Positions 22,094-34,836 of a stretch of 64,000 bases of DNA are shown in pieces. Position 1 is the stretch's first letter. Each line of letters begins with the position of its first letter. The position numbers and the translations under genes are program-made. Origin of the DNA: Podarcis muralis. Its lineage: Eukaryota. Where the stretch lies: assembly GCF_964188315.1 (NCBI RefSeq), contig NC_135667.1, forward strand, positions 8,494,001 through 8,558,000, written 5' to 3'. A model generated the notes under the pieces. The model ran no database searches. It was not told where the DNA came from and was given only the letters and a program-made list of their open reading frames with translations.

Positions 22094-22309
22094 ATGTAAT
22101 ATTGCTCAGATTTAGCATCACAGTGTTGGCAATCTTGGCAAATAAGGTACACAGCTGTAACCCTTTGATTCTCAAAAGCTGGTTGTAAACCATTCTTCTA
22201 AAGCTGTATTGACAGTGATAGGAATTAACCAATGTAGCCTGTTCAAGTCATGCATCTGCTCTGAATGGAAACAGGAGGTGTGTGTTTAGAGAAAAGTCTG
22301 ACCTCAAGG

Positions 22310-25300
22310 ATGCTGTGGCTGCTGATGTTATCTCTTCTCCCTCCTGCTGTGTGCAAAGTAGATACACTTAGGTGTCCCATGAATTATCCATTCCCTGCTC
22401 CACATCAGTGGTACCAACCGGGTGACCTCATCATTGGTGGGATTGCTTCTCAGGTCTATTATGTCTTCTTTGAAGTTTCCTTCAAGGAGCACCCTTCACA
22501 GAATATGTTTGATGTTCCATAGTAAGAGCTTTCCACCTCTTTGCTTCATTCCAAATCTCATTTGCTTTTGTGTCATGTGTTTTAGATTGCAAATCTGAAG
22601 ATAGAGATTGTCTTAGTTATTTTTTCAGGTGCTGTGGGAGAGAGCTGAAGAGAGGCACTAAAAATGCTTGAAGCAATACATCTACCATTCCTCAAGGAGT
22701 CATTTATAATAAATGACAGAAAATCTTTTGAACAAGCCCCTGGGATTGGTGATCCTGATTTCTTTAGAAAGGAATGTCCTTCATTTTGCCTAAATAAAAA
22801 AATTCTCCCCTTTAGAGAAATAAAGAAAAAGACTTTTAAATATGTAACAATCGACAACTTTCAGAAGTATAGTAGACTGTATCCCAAGATTCCCACTGGG
22901 GAACCAAGAGAACTGAGAAAATCAAGAAAGAAATTGATAGCATGTGTTTCAAAGTGTTAGGCATAATCTTTATATAAACTGCACTGAGTTTAATCACTTA
23001 GAAACATCAATGACATTTAAAATAGTTTCATGTCAATCTAAATCAATTTGAGCTAAAAATGGCATTGTTGCATGTTGATTTCACATTCCAAAGTTGTACA
23101 TTAATTATCCTTGCTTACAGTGTAGTAACAAAATTCTACCAGCACATTCTTGCCTTGGCATTTGCTGTGAAAGAGATAAATGAGAACTCCAAGTTTTGTC
23201 CTAATATCAGTCTCGGCTTCCACATCTATGATAGCTACTATGATGCCAGAATGACCTATCGTACCACTCTTGACCTGCTCTTCAAATCACATCGATTTGT
23301 TCCCAACTACAAATGTGACACCCAGAAAAATCTCATAGCCATCATTGGGGGACTTAGCGCTGACACCTCCTTCCATATGGCAGACACAATTGGCCTCTAC
23401 AAGATTCCACAGGTAGGATCTATGAAAGGGTATCTCAAAATAAACTCTTGCCTTACCATTTTGGGAGTCATTTTGAACTTTAGAAAAAGGAAGGATTTTT
23501 GACTGACATTTAAATCTGATTTTTTTTAACTGGCGCTACGGTTGTTGTTGTTGTTATAACAGATTGCAGTGCTTTAAGTTGACCTGAGCTTTCTGCAACT
23601 TCACCCCATCTGGTTTAAAGTGGGTCAAGTACATCTCTGTGCATTCCCCTTCAAGCGCCATTTCCCTAGCATTTCATTTCTAGCCAATCCATTCCCATCT
23701 CCATTTCAGCCATAAGGTGGACACTTGCTTGCTCCATGAACAAATCTGGGCCTGGAAATTACAGCTCCCAATCTCCTCTCCTGCCACACTCACTGAAACA
23801 AAAGGGAAATCACTGCTGTCTAACATCCTTCTGTCACATGCACTTACTACCTCAATTCTTTCAAAGTTGTTGCTCCTTCAACTTCATCCCAAGCTTCCTG
23901 GCCTTTTTTCCCCCTTCCTGGCCCTTTGTCTCTTCCTTGTCTACTCTTGTTATCTGTCTGCCTCCATTCATTTACTTTTTCAATTTCCCCCTTTCCTTTC
24001 AGTTATAAAACCTTTTGGGAGTGAGTAGGGGCCATTGTTTTGTTTTGTTTTGTTCTTGTTCTTGTTTATAATTGCTATTTGGTGTTTTCCCCCCACATTT
24101 CTATGCTGAAAACACCCCGAGATCTTCAGATGAAGGACAATACGCTAACTAACTACCTAACTACCTACCTAACTAACTAACTAACTACCTAACTAACTAA
24201 CTTCTTGGATTTAAATCATAAATTTCTTTAAATGTATTTTTTTGAATAAACAGGCATCTGCTGCTAACCAATCTCTTTAACGTACTAACATTTTCTTTTA
24301 GCTCACATATGGATCATTTCCCCCAGACAAAAATTATGGAAGCCAAGTACCTTCATTTTACCGCATGGTGCCCAATGAAGCCCATCAGTATATGGGGATT
24401 ATCAGTTTGCTTAAGCATTTCAGATGGACCTGGGTCGGGCTCTTCACTGTCGATGATAATAGTGGAGAACATTTCTTGCAGACTCTGGAGCCATCACTTT
24501 CTCATAATGGAATCTGTTTAGCCTTCACACAAAGAATCCCACAAATACCCCGTTTTGATGACTTGGAGGAAATTGGTGATATAGTCTTAAATATTTATGT
24601 TCATTTAACAGATGACAAAGCCAATGCATTTATGATGTATGGAGAATCTATGACAATTATATGGCTCAGAAGTATTCTATTTCTAAGCGATCCTGAAAAT
24701 AGGGAAATATCATCATTTAAAAAGGTGTGGATTATAACAACTCAGATTGATTTCATATCAACAGGATTTCAAAGGAGTTGGGGCCTTCAGATCTTCCATG
24801 GTGCTATTTCCTTCACAATACATTCACAAAATCTCCCACAGTTCCAAGAATTTCTTCAGGGAATAAAACTTTACTGGACACAGGGAGATGGGTTTTTCAA
24901 GGACTTCTGGGAGCAAGCATTTGATTGTACATTTCCAAATCCCGGTGTGCCAGTAGAGGTCAATGACATGTGTACTGGGGAGGAAAGGTTGCAGAGTCTT
25001 CCAGGGTCTGTATTTGAAATGAGCATGACCGGCCACAGCTACAGTATCTACCAGGCTGTTGACATTGTGGCTCGTGTTTTGCAAGGCATATACTTGACTA
25101 GCTTAAAGAAAAGAGCAACAGGAAACAGTGGAATATTAAAATTTCAAGATTTGAAGCATTGGAAGGTAATGTGTTGCAATTGAAGAGTAGCAAAATATTG
25201 GACAATTTCAATGAACAGATTAGTAAAAAGTAAAAGGTTGATCACAATTGCCAGAAACAAGTAGATGCTGAAATGTTATTGCGTGTCTCATTCACTGAAA

Positions 25301-28300
25301 AATATTTAATATCAAAAAAACTTATTCATGCTTGGTCTTTGTTAGAAGATGCTACATAAGTATAGGTAAATAATATCCCTAAAGAATGGTGGCAGAAAAT
25401 CATTGCATTTTATCAAAAACTCTTTTGTGTTATTTTCTTTTCATGTATTTTATCTCTTTCCATAGCTGCACCATTTTTTGCATGACATTTCATTTAACAA
25501 CTCAGCTGGAGAAACAGTATCATTTACTGATAAGAGAGAAATGCGAGGTGGATTTGACATAATGAACATGGTCACATTTCCAAATAAGTCCTTCATTCAA
25601 TTGAAAATAGGATCGGTGAATCCCTACGCTCTTGATGGAGGAGAATTCATCATTCATGAGGACATGATTATGTGGCCCAAAGGTTTTAAACAGGTCTGGC
25701 ATCCGGGGTCATTCAGATGTCTTCAGATGGGTCATTCAGGTGTCTCAACATAACCATCACTGATTTCTTTCATAAACACATGAAAGTAATTTTGGAACCA
25801 GCTGGATGCAATTATGAACTTCCCAAACAAAACTGATCTTTTATTTTAATAATGTTTACTATGCCACATTTATACATGGCAGTGCTTACATTAGATAGAT
25901 AAAGAAACTGAGGAGAAAATAGGTGATATCCCTTTTAAATGGTAAGTGGGCATACCACTTTTGAAGGGCACATTTTAAAATCTAGGTAGTGTTGTAACTT
26001 TCCATTAGTTTGACTTCATCCCAAAGGTGCACTCTTCCATTGTCTCCTGAGACAGATCAGTGCTGACAAGACCCTAACCATTTCTGTATTCCTAAAGTGT
26101 TATTACCGCTCCCCCAGTCTGGCTTGGAAAAGTGAATTGGGCTATGTTTTCGATGTGTACCAGCATTAGAGACGCACTGTCATATAATGTAGATTGTCTA
26201 TCATTTGCCTCCCCTCCCCGTCCTTCTTCTTCACCATATGCAATTTGAGGTAAAGTCATCACCATTGTTTAGGCCAAGTAGGTTTCTTCTCTCCTATGAT
26301 TGTCTTGATGGTTTGGGTGGGGGGTGGATTTTCCAACTTCATTGGAAACCTTACAAGCAATACTGGGTAGGTACAGTTAGTGGAGGCAGTCTGGTAAGTG
26401 CTTCTCAGATGAATCCTAGTTGCAGAGACTTTTCCAAAGGCTCTGTGACCTGTGAGGATGACTTTTACATTAATTTGTGCCATTAGCTTGCTGGTGTTGG
26501 CCTCAAAGGTTGTGTGAATCATTAATTGTGGTTGTTTAGTCGTTTAGTCGTGTCCGACTCTTCGTGACCCCCATGGACCAGAGCACGCCAGGCACTCCTG
26601 TCTTCCACTGCCTCCCGCAGTTTGGTTATGTTGGTAGTTTCGAAAACACTGTCCAACCATCTTGTCCTCTGTCCTCTTTTCCTTGTGCCCTCAATCTTTC
26701 CCAATATCAGGGTCTTTTCCAGGGAGTCTTCTCTTCTCATAAGGGGACCAAAGTATTGGAGCCTCAGCTTCAGGATCTGTCCTTCCAGTGAGCACTCAGG
26801 GCTGATTTCCTTCAGAATGGATAGGTTTGTTCTTCTTGCAGTCCATGAGACTCTCAAGAGTCTCCTCCAGCACCATAATTCAAAAGCTTCAGTTCTTTGC
26901 CGATCAGCCTTCTTTATGGTCCAGCTCTCACTTCCATACATCACTACTGGGAAAACCATAGCTTTAACTATACAGACCTTTGTCGGCAAGGTGATGTCTC
27001 TGCTTTTTAAGATGCTGCCTAGGTTTGTCATTGCTTTTCTCCCAAGAAGCAGAGTTCTTTTAATTTCGTGAATCATGAATACCTCACCCTATCATGACAG
27101 GCTTAGGAGCTTATCAAAGTTTTAAATATTTCCCACACATGGTCTTTTCTCTATGCAATTTTCTCTGTGCCAAAACTTTTTCTGGGTCTTATGGACATAC
27201 AGTTAGATAATGATTATGGAACTTTGCTACAATATAGCATTATGGCTGCAAGACTTTTATACGGACAAAGATGGAAGATCTTTTATTCTAACAATGGAAT
27301 AGCTGTTAAAACTAATGGACCTAGCTGAGATGGCAAAATTGACATGTTTATTCAGAGAAAAGTCATTCTTAACATTTGTTAAAGACTGGAAACCTCTCAT
27401 AGATATTTTGCATGAAAAAGAAAAAGAAATAATTACACTTTGATTTGAGGACTGAAGATAATGTTTGTATATAGAAAGTGGCTTTCTGTGTGTTATATTG
27501 GAGTGGATAAAGTGAATATTGTTTATTTATAGCAGACAGAGGAAGAACCAGAAGTCAGTTACATTCTGAATTTTATTTCTCTCTCTCATTTAACCTCTCT
27601 TCTATTTCTTTTTCTTTGTTTCTCTCTTTCTCTTTCTTTATCCCTTTTTTTCTTCCATATCTCTTTATGTTTTTATTGTATTCAGATCAAAGTCTTAGTT
27701 TGGACAAAAAAAAGAGGGAAAATATTTGATTTTAAATTTTGTATATTTATCTATAAACCCACATAAAGTGTATTTAAAAACTCCAAAAAAATAAGATAAT
27801 TTCCTGTTGACAGGTGGTGCCTATTTCTGTGTGCAATGACTACTGCCACCCTGGTAATCGGAAGAAAAGGAAGGAAGGGCAGAAATTTTGCTGCTACAAT
27901 TGTGTTCCATGTCCAGAAGGGAAGATTTCAAACCAGAATGGTAAATGACATTTTTCATCGTACAGGACGAGTAATGATTAATGAGTCCTACTGATTTAAA
28001 AGAACTTAAATACTATGTTGTGCATGTAGCCACACTATTCTCCTTGTTGTTGTTGTTTAGTCGTTTAGTCGTGTCCGACTCTTCGTGACCCCATGGACCA
28101 GAGCACGCCAGGCACTCCTGTCTTCCACTGCCTCCCGCAGTTTGGTCAAACTCATGTTAGTAGCTTTGAGAACACTGTCCAACCATCTCATCCTCTGTCC
28201 CCTTTTCCTTGTGCCCTCCATCTTTCCCAACATCAGGGTCTTTTCCAGGGAGTCTTCTCTTCTCATGAGGTGGCCAAAGTATTGGAGCCTCAGCTTCAGG

Positions 28301-29785
28301 ATCTGTCCTTCCAGTGAGCACTCAGGGCTGATTTCCTTCAGAATGGATAGGTTTGATCTTCTTGCAGTCCATGGGAGTCTCAAGAGTGTCCTCCAGCACC
28401 ATAATTCAAAAGAATCAATTCTTTGGCAATCAGCCTTGTTTATGGTCCAGCTCCATACATACATCACTAATGGGAAAACCATAGCTTTAACTATACGGAC
28501 CTTTGTTGGCAAGGTGATGTCTCTACTTTTTAAGATGCTGTCTAGGTTTGTCATTGCTTTTCTCCCAAGAAGCAGGTGTCTTTTAATTTCGTGACTGCTG
28601 TCACCATCTGCAGTGATCATGGCGCCCAAGAAAGTAAAATCTCTCACTGCCTCCATTTCTTCCCCTTCTATTTGCCAGGAGGTGATGGGCTCAGTGGCCA
28701 TGATCTTCATTTTTTTGATGTTGAGCCTCTGACCATATTTTGCGCTCTCCTCTTTCATCCTCATTAAAAGGTTCTTTAATTCCTCCTCCCTTTCTGCCAT
28801 CAAGGTTGTGTCATTTGCATATCTGAGGTTTTTGATATTTCTTCCGGTTTGGTTGATTTCTGAATTCCAGCTTGGGATTCATCCAGCCCAGCCTTTCGCA
28901 TGATGAATTCTGCATATATGTTAAATAAGCAGGGAGACAATATACAGCCTTGACATACTCCTTTCCCAATTTTGAACCAATCAGTTGTTCCATATCCAGT
29001 TCTAACTGTAGCTTCTTGTCCCACATAGAGATTTCTCAGGAGACAGATGAGGTGATCAGGCACTCCCATTTCTTTAAGAACTTGCCATAGTTTGCTGTGG
29101 TCGACACAGTCAAAGGCTTTTGCATAGTCAATGAAGCAGAAGTAGATGTCTTTCTGGAATGATCTAGCTTTCTCCATAATCCAGCACATGTTTGCAATTT
29201 GGTCTCTGGTTCCTCTGCCCCTTCGAAATCCAGCTTGCACTTCTGGGAGTTCTCGGTCCACATACTGCTTAAGTCTGCCTTGTAGAATTTTAAGCATAAC
29301 CTTGCTAGCATGTGAAATGAGTGCAATTGTGCAGTAGTTGGAGCATTCTTTGGCACTGCCCTTCTTTGGGATTGGGATGTAGACTGATCTTCTCCAATCC
29401 TCTGGCCTCTGCTGAGTTTTCCAAATTTGCTGGCATGTTGAGTGTAGCACCTTAACAGCATCATCTTTTAAAATTTTAAATAGTTCAGCTGGAATATCAT
29501 CACTTCCACTGGCCTTGTTATTAGCAGGTCTTTCTAATGCCCATTTGACTTCACTCTCCAGGATGTCTGGCTCAAGGTCAGCAACTACACTACCCAGGGT
29601 GTAGTATCCATGAACATTTTTTCTGCTGCCTTCCAGCAACTTTTTATAAAAACATTCAAAAATGAAGGCAGCCCTGTTTAGGGAAGCTTTTAATGTTTGA
29701 TGTATCACAGTATTTTAATATTCTTTTGGAAGCCACCCAGAGTGGCTGGGGAAACCCAGCCAGATGGGCGGGGTATAAATAATAA

Positions 29786-29839
<54 letters not shown>

Positions 29840-31677
29840 TTAATTAAAATGTTTTAAACAAGGCTATAATATGTTGAGCGCAAAAGGGAATTCAGAAAAT
29901 ATTACGCGACCACCAATTAGCATAATATCGGAAGATTGCGGTAAACAGGTGCAGGGACTGGACTGAAGGGAACCAGATTGAGGAGGAGGAAAATGGTGGA
30001 GGTTGCCCTCCCTTCTCCTGAAGCTTCCAGAGGAGAGGAAGGCAGTACAGTGGTACCTCGGGTTACAGACACTTCAGGTTACAGGCTCTTCAGGTTACAG
30101 ACTTCGCTAACCCAGAAATAGTCCCTCGGGTTAAGAACTTTGCTTCAGGATGAGAACAGAAATTGCACGGCGGCCATGCGGCGGCAGCAGGAGGCCCAAT
30201 TAGCGAAAGTGGTACCTCAGGTTAAGAACAGTTTCAGGTTAAGAATGGACCTCCAGAACGAATTAAATTCTTAAGCCAAGGTACCACTGTATTGAATAAC
30301 ACTGGTTTAGGAAAGTCGCAGCTCAGAGACAGATGAACAGAAGACTTGGGAGCTGTTGGGAGAAGAGCCAGGTGAGACAGCGCAGCAGGCTGACGAGTCA
30401 TCACTGGAGAGCATTTCTGACCCTCTTCTCCAAGAACTCAGCGTTCATTGAGTGTTCATTGAGCAAAGGACTCAGAGACAGTTAGCTCCTGGCAGCCACC
30501 ATCAGGGGAGGTGCTGTTGCTAGGAAGGGAGGCACGTAGAGCTCATTTGGAGCAACACCATTGATGGGGAGGCAGACTGATTCCGTTGTCTAGCACTGTG
30601 ATGATTTAATAAACTCATTAGTAAGAACTCTTTCTTGTTTTTCTCTGCTCCTTGCATCCACCGGAGGAGGGAGAGAATTACCCGGATTCTGACAAGAGGA
30701 ATGATAACTTAGATTTAAGAGGCAAAGGACACTCATGAATTGCAATTGGAGTTTGGCCTTATGCTATTTTTTCAGATTTGGACAACTGCTTCAGATGCCC
30801 AGAAGATCAGTATGCAAACAAGAACAAAAATGGATGCATTCCCAAGTTAATAACCTTTCTTTCCTATAAGGAACCTTTAGGGATTGGCTTAACTTCAGTT
30901 GCTGTTCTTTGTTCCCTAATTACAATTTTGGTGCTGGGAACTTTTATTAAACACAAAGACACTCCCATTGTCAAAGCCAACAACAGGGATCTCACCTATG
31001 CTCTCCTCATTGCCCTCCTACTCTGCTTCCTCTCATCCCTTCTATTCATTGGACACCCTGGCCAAATGACCTGCCTTCTTCGACAACCCACTTTTGGCAT
31101 CATCTTCTCCGCGGCTGTTTCTTGTGTTTTGGCCAAAACCACCACTGTAGTTGCAGCTTTCATGGCCACCAAGCCTGGGTCCACTATGAGGAAGTGGGTG
31201 GGGAAAAGACTGAGCCACTGCATTGTCCTTTCTGGCTCACTCATTCAAGTGAGTATTTGTACTGGGTGGTTGATGACCTCTCCCCCATTCCCTGATCTAG
31301 ACATGAACTCAGTAACAGAGGAAACCATTGTGCAATGTAATGAAGGCTCAGTGACCATGTTTTATTCTGTCCTGGGCTACATGGGCCTCCTGGCCATTGC
31401 CAGCTTCATTGTGGCATTTGCAGCTCGCAAATTACCAGACAGTTTCAATGAAGCCAAGTTCATTACCTTCAGCATGTTGCTGTTCTGCAGTGTTTGGCTT
31501 TCTTTTGTTCCAACCTATCTGAGCACCAAAGGAAAATCCATGGTGGTGGTGGAGATCTTCTCCATCTTGTCCTCCAGTGCTGGATTGTTGGGCTGCATCT
31601 TTGCCCCCAAATGCTACATCATTGTTCTGAAGCCTGAGCTGAACAACAGGGAGCAACTTATAAGGAGAAAGATGTAA
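22310..31677 (+). CDS. V2R gene C, complete, 874 aa. Exons 22310-22521, 23121-23412, 24302-25165, 25466-25693, 27814-27940, 30776-31677
   Basis: Same motifs and exon phases as B; GT-AG junctions; spliced length 2625 nt, open. An alternative in-frame ATG lies at 22265. Confidence 0.93.
26523..27067 (-). mobile_element. RTE-BovB LINE 3' fragment in intron 4 of C
   Basis: [30 protein letters not shown]...[10 protein letters not shown]...RLQYFG motifs and CAA-type tail. 9-bp TSD GTGAATCAT at 26514-26522 and 27068-27076. Empty site in A near 2660. Confidence 0.93.
27171..27780 (+). mobile_element. Old L1 3' remnant in intron 4 of C
   Basis: Includes the segment [12 protein letters not shown]...[10 protein letters not shown] that is missing in A and B. 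Confidence 0.75.
28046..29608 (-). mobile_element. RTE-BovB LINE, ~1.56-kb 5'-truncated copy in intron 5 of C; inactive
   Basis: RT motifs YIPIPKKG...[14 protein letters not shown]...[13 protein letters not shown]...[11 protein letters not shown]. Frameshift near 28850 and YADDT changed to YANDT. (CAA)n tail at 28046. Confidence 0.95.
29667..29839 (+). mobile_element. L2 3'-terminal fragment with (ATT)n tail in intron 5 of C
   Basis: Matches the last ~150 bp of the L2 in B (GGCAGCCCTGTT..GGGAAACCCAGCCAGATGGGCGGGGTA). Absent at the same site in A (about 3597). Confidence 0.9.
29950..30694. mobile_element. Putative solo LTR in intron 5 of C
   Basis: ACAGG|TGCAGGG...TCTGACA|AGAGG, as in A. Confidence 0.7.
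30048..30289. mobile_element. Tc1/mariner-type MITE nested in the LTR of C
   Basis: CAGTGGTACC...GGTACCACTG termini; TA TSD. Confidence 0.9.
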
Positions 31678-32110
31678 ATATTTCTCCTAAGTATTGCATC
31701 ATAGTTCTTCATTCTATTAAGGAGCTTAGTATCAAGTTGTTACTATAAGTACCTCTGGTCTCTCACTCTTTTGTGGGAAAAGTACAAGCATGCACTGAAA
31801 AGTTCAAATTTGTGAAATTAAAGTGGATTAAATGTTATGTCAACCTAGCACATTGGTAGGGGACCTCTGGCTGGTGGGCCAACTTTCATCTAGGAATGAT
31901 TCCAATTGCCAGACCATTCCTGACAATCCACACTCATCTAACCCTCATCTGACTATACAATTGACAGTAAGTGTGGCAAAGGTACCGATTATCCAGAGCT
32001 TAAAGTGAGTTCCTGATTGTGCATTTGCCATAAGAAGCAGCAACTGCTAGAAAGATGGATGCAAAGGCTCAATTCTGCAGTGGAAGACACTATCTGCTCC
32101 AAGACGAAGC

Positions 32111-32609
32111 ATCTGTGGAAATGTGCCTTCAAATAGACTCATCGACACCAAGTGATTGAAAGGTGGAGCCCTTCAGATGCTGATAAACTACAACTCCTTT
32201 TATCTCAAGCAGGTCTGGCTAGTGGCTAGGGGTGATGGGAGTTATAGGTCAGCAAAATTTGGAGGGCCAAATGTTCCCCACAACCTGCATTATATAACAC
32301 ATAAATGATATTTAGATTACAACACCTGCATTTAGAATATTTATTTTAACATTATTGTTTAATTTATTGTTCAGTGTTCTATGTCACACCCTCAAGTTTA
32401 TTGTTAATAAAGTTTTGACAGTTTATGTCTCATGAAATTCATTTCCAGGTGTGCTGGCAATATGCGTAACTGTTTTTTAAAAAATGTTATTGATAACATT
32501 GATAAAGGTTATCCTATCTTCCTGTCTGCCACAATCTCTTTTTGCATTAAAGGAGTTTGTACTAGATGACTCTTGATGTCTCTCCCAACTCTAGAATTCT
32601 ATGATGCCC
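32111..32609. repeat. Segment X downstream of C (single copy here)
   Basis: Paralogue of 5901-6335; no X' follows. Confidence 0.55.
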
Positions 32610-33364
32610 AAGAATGGAAGGCAGCTTCTCCATTTCCTGCTTTTAAAGAGATCCAAATCAAACAAATGGAGACCGGGTGTTTCCACCTCAAAATGTATTT
32701 TCCATAGCAAGACATATTGGTTTGTCAGTTGACCAGCAAAGTGGTCAAACTTGTGGTTTCCTCTATAGGTCCCCTCCGGCCACCTTCCCACAGCTGAACT
32801 GCCAAACACATTTTAATTACCACTGTGGGGAATTAGGTAGGATATACATTTTAAATGATGAATGCAGATTTAGTTTACATATTAAAGAGATTTACTATTC
32901 ATTCATATATATTTATACCCCTCCCTTCCTCCCAGAGCAGCAAATAAGCAAGGACAACATCTTGAAAACACTTCTGGGCAATTGTAAACTGATTCTATTA
33001 ATTTATAGATGCTGTACATAGAGAAATCGCTTTGTGGCATCTTGAGGGTTTTAACTGAGGATCAAACTGCACATCACATATCAATACAAAAGCCTTGAAA
33101 CCTTTTTTATTGTTTTAAATAGCTCTGTTAGAGATAGGTGAACATTAGGATTGGAAACATTCTGCACAGAAAGGTAGTAAACTCTCTTGTCAGCCCATGA
33201 TGATGCTGCTGATGTCATTCTATTGGGAGTTTCCCATTCAGATATATGGTGAATTTAGCCACTTTGTCATTGTTTGCAAGTGGCTTCCACAACACTTATT
33301 ATTTATTTATATCATCCACCCTTTGAAATGCCTTCTGGCTAAATATTAGGCAGGTACCATCTCT

Positions 33365-33925
33365 TGTACCTTTGGTTGTTGGCATCAATTTGACTTGAGA
33401 AACAATGGAGAGGTGCATCTTTGCGGCTACAGTTGAACTGCTAGAAGTTTACAGCATTTGCTGTGGCTGTAGAGACCAATACAAGAGAGACAAGTTCTGT
33501 TGCAGCTGGTGTAGATGAAGGCAACCAATTGCACTGCTGCAGATGCACTATGGCACATCTTCTCTCTGTGTTCCTCCTAGTGGTCATTCCTCCTCTGGTC
33601 ACTGCTATAGATGCATGTCCTGACCGTTTGTCTCCAGGCACTGTGGTCATCTGCAAGGGATTCCCACGTGGTGGACTTGATGTTGCCAATCTTCATGTCA
33701 GAATAGACCTGGTACCTGAAGCTTAGTTCCCCATGGAACACAGCCTTGGGGATCCTGCCATCTTCTATTATGTGGACATGACCAAGCCAGCGTATACATC
33801 ACGGAGACAGGAGTGTGGACATGCTGGCAATGTTTACTTGGGAAAGCACATGTTTGTTTGAGACTATCTGGCCATATGATGCCTTTTCAGGAGATAGTGA
33901 TGATCTGACTCTTTCAACAAGCCTT
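33365..33925 (-). mobile_element. Decayed RTE-clade LINE 3' end, distinct from BovB
   Basis: Minus translation ...WQDSVSNK-VL...RWLGHV--IEDGRIPK...WESLADDHSAWRQ...C--C---C--IGLYSH--CC with stops and indels. Confidence 0.75.
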
Positions 33926-34106
33926 TTAAGTAGAGATCTTTCCAGTATGCATCTGTCCAGGAATTGGTTTTTAGATTCTTTTAGATGTTTTACCTGTTAA
34001 AACATTTATGTTTAGCCACCCTGGGCTCTTGGGGTAGGATATAAATTTAATAATAAGTATTAGAAAAAGAATATGACACCCTAGAATAGTTTTTTTATTT
34101 CAATAT

Positions 34107-34107
<1 letters not shown>

Positions 34108-34163
<56 letters not shown>
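34108..34163. repeat. (AAT)n microsatellite
   Basis: About 18 perfect units. Confidence 0.95.
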
Positions 34164-34575
34164 GTTATTCTTTGATAAAATTGCAGTTGACCAGCCTCAT
34201 TTCAGGATCATCTACTACTTCTCTGAGTCATCAAAGCCGAAAGTTTCAGTCTTACTTTTCTTTTGGTGTTTGCTCACCATGGAAAATTGTATTTGTCACC
34301 TTTTATGCCCCTAAGGAGAAGATGATGAAAGTCGTAGCAGTTCAGCATGTTTGTTAGCAAAACTGCTACTTACAGCCAAAGCAATGAAAAAGTAATTATC
34401 TCACCCAGCAATTATCCAAATCACTATACTTTGTTCTCTTCTCTGAACCTTCCCAGGCTAAAGAAATCAGTCAATAAGCAAACCTCAAAGTGGTTATAAA
34501 GAAACCCCGTGCTATTGGGAGCAGGACACAGGGATAAGAAGCAGTCAAGGTTCTGTCGGTTTCAATGCTCACGTG

Positions 34576-34576
<1 letters not shown>

Positions 34577-34616
<40 letters not shown>
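34577..34616. repeat. (CA)20 upstream of D exon 1
   Basis: Perfect run at the same position as in B and C. Confidence 0.95.
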
Positions 34617-34618
<2 letters not shown>

Positions 34619-34836
34619 TATATAATATTGATCAGATTTAGCATCACAGTGTTGGCAATCTTGGCTAATAAGTTATGCAGTTTTAACCCTTTGATTCTCA
34701 AATGCTGGTTGTAAACCATTCTTCTAAAGCTGTATTGACAGAGCTAGGAATCATCCGATGTAGCCTGTTCAAGTCATGCAGCTGCTCTGAATGTAAAGAG
34801 GACCGGGTGTGTTTAGAGAAAAGTCTGACCACAAGG

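Noticed and set aside
29609-29708. N-terminus of the 302-aa minus ORF as part of BovB
   Set aside because: These codons come from host intron and the L2 tail read in frame by chance; RTE similarity starts near 29590.
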